NCBI GenBank assembly: GCA_951406725.2
Contig: OX597830.1
Coordinates: forward strand, 56,172,001-56,236,000
Source: Octopus vulgaris
Lineage: Eukaryota
Direction: 5' to 3'
DNA: 64,000 nucleotides
Below the pieces are notes generated by a model. It saw nothing but the letters and a program-made list of their open reading frames with translations. It had not been told where the DNA came from and did not search any database. The translations under genes and the position numbers were made by a program. Positions 63,962 through 64,000 of this stretch are shown piece after piece (position 1 is the first letter of the stretch; the number at the start of each line of letters is the position of its first letter).

Positions 63962-64000
63962 GTGACCAACCAGTATTTTGTTAATCCAGATTTAGTCTTA

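Overview
AT-rich, repeat-dense animal genomic DNA. The SINE, RTE and microsatellite repertoire looks like an octopod cephalopod (inference from pattern recognition, not a database search). One host gene can be reconstructed: a DENND11/LCHN (KIAA1147) homologue on the + strand. It has 8 phase-consistent GT-AG exons between 25618 and the stop at 45757 (about 380 aa). Its first exon(s) were not found and probably lie upstream of the window. The rest is intron or intergenic sequence. It holds three SINE families, decayed LINEs (CR1/L2-like, RTE, R4/Dong-like, HERO/NeSL-like), a Penelope-like GIY-YIG fragment, a full-length decayed mariner, piggyBac-type and hAT MITEs, a non-autonomous Helitron and many microsatellites. 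The most notable non-coding signal is a 737-bp element (4610-5346). Each of its inverted arms carries a minimal Penelope-type hammerhead ribozyme motif with a palindromic stem III, and decayed partial matches occur elsewhere. A ~127-bp fully pairable hairpin lies in a DENND11 intron. Nearly all ORFs in the supplied track are microsatellite or SINE artefacts.
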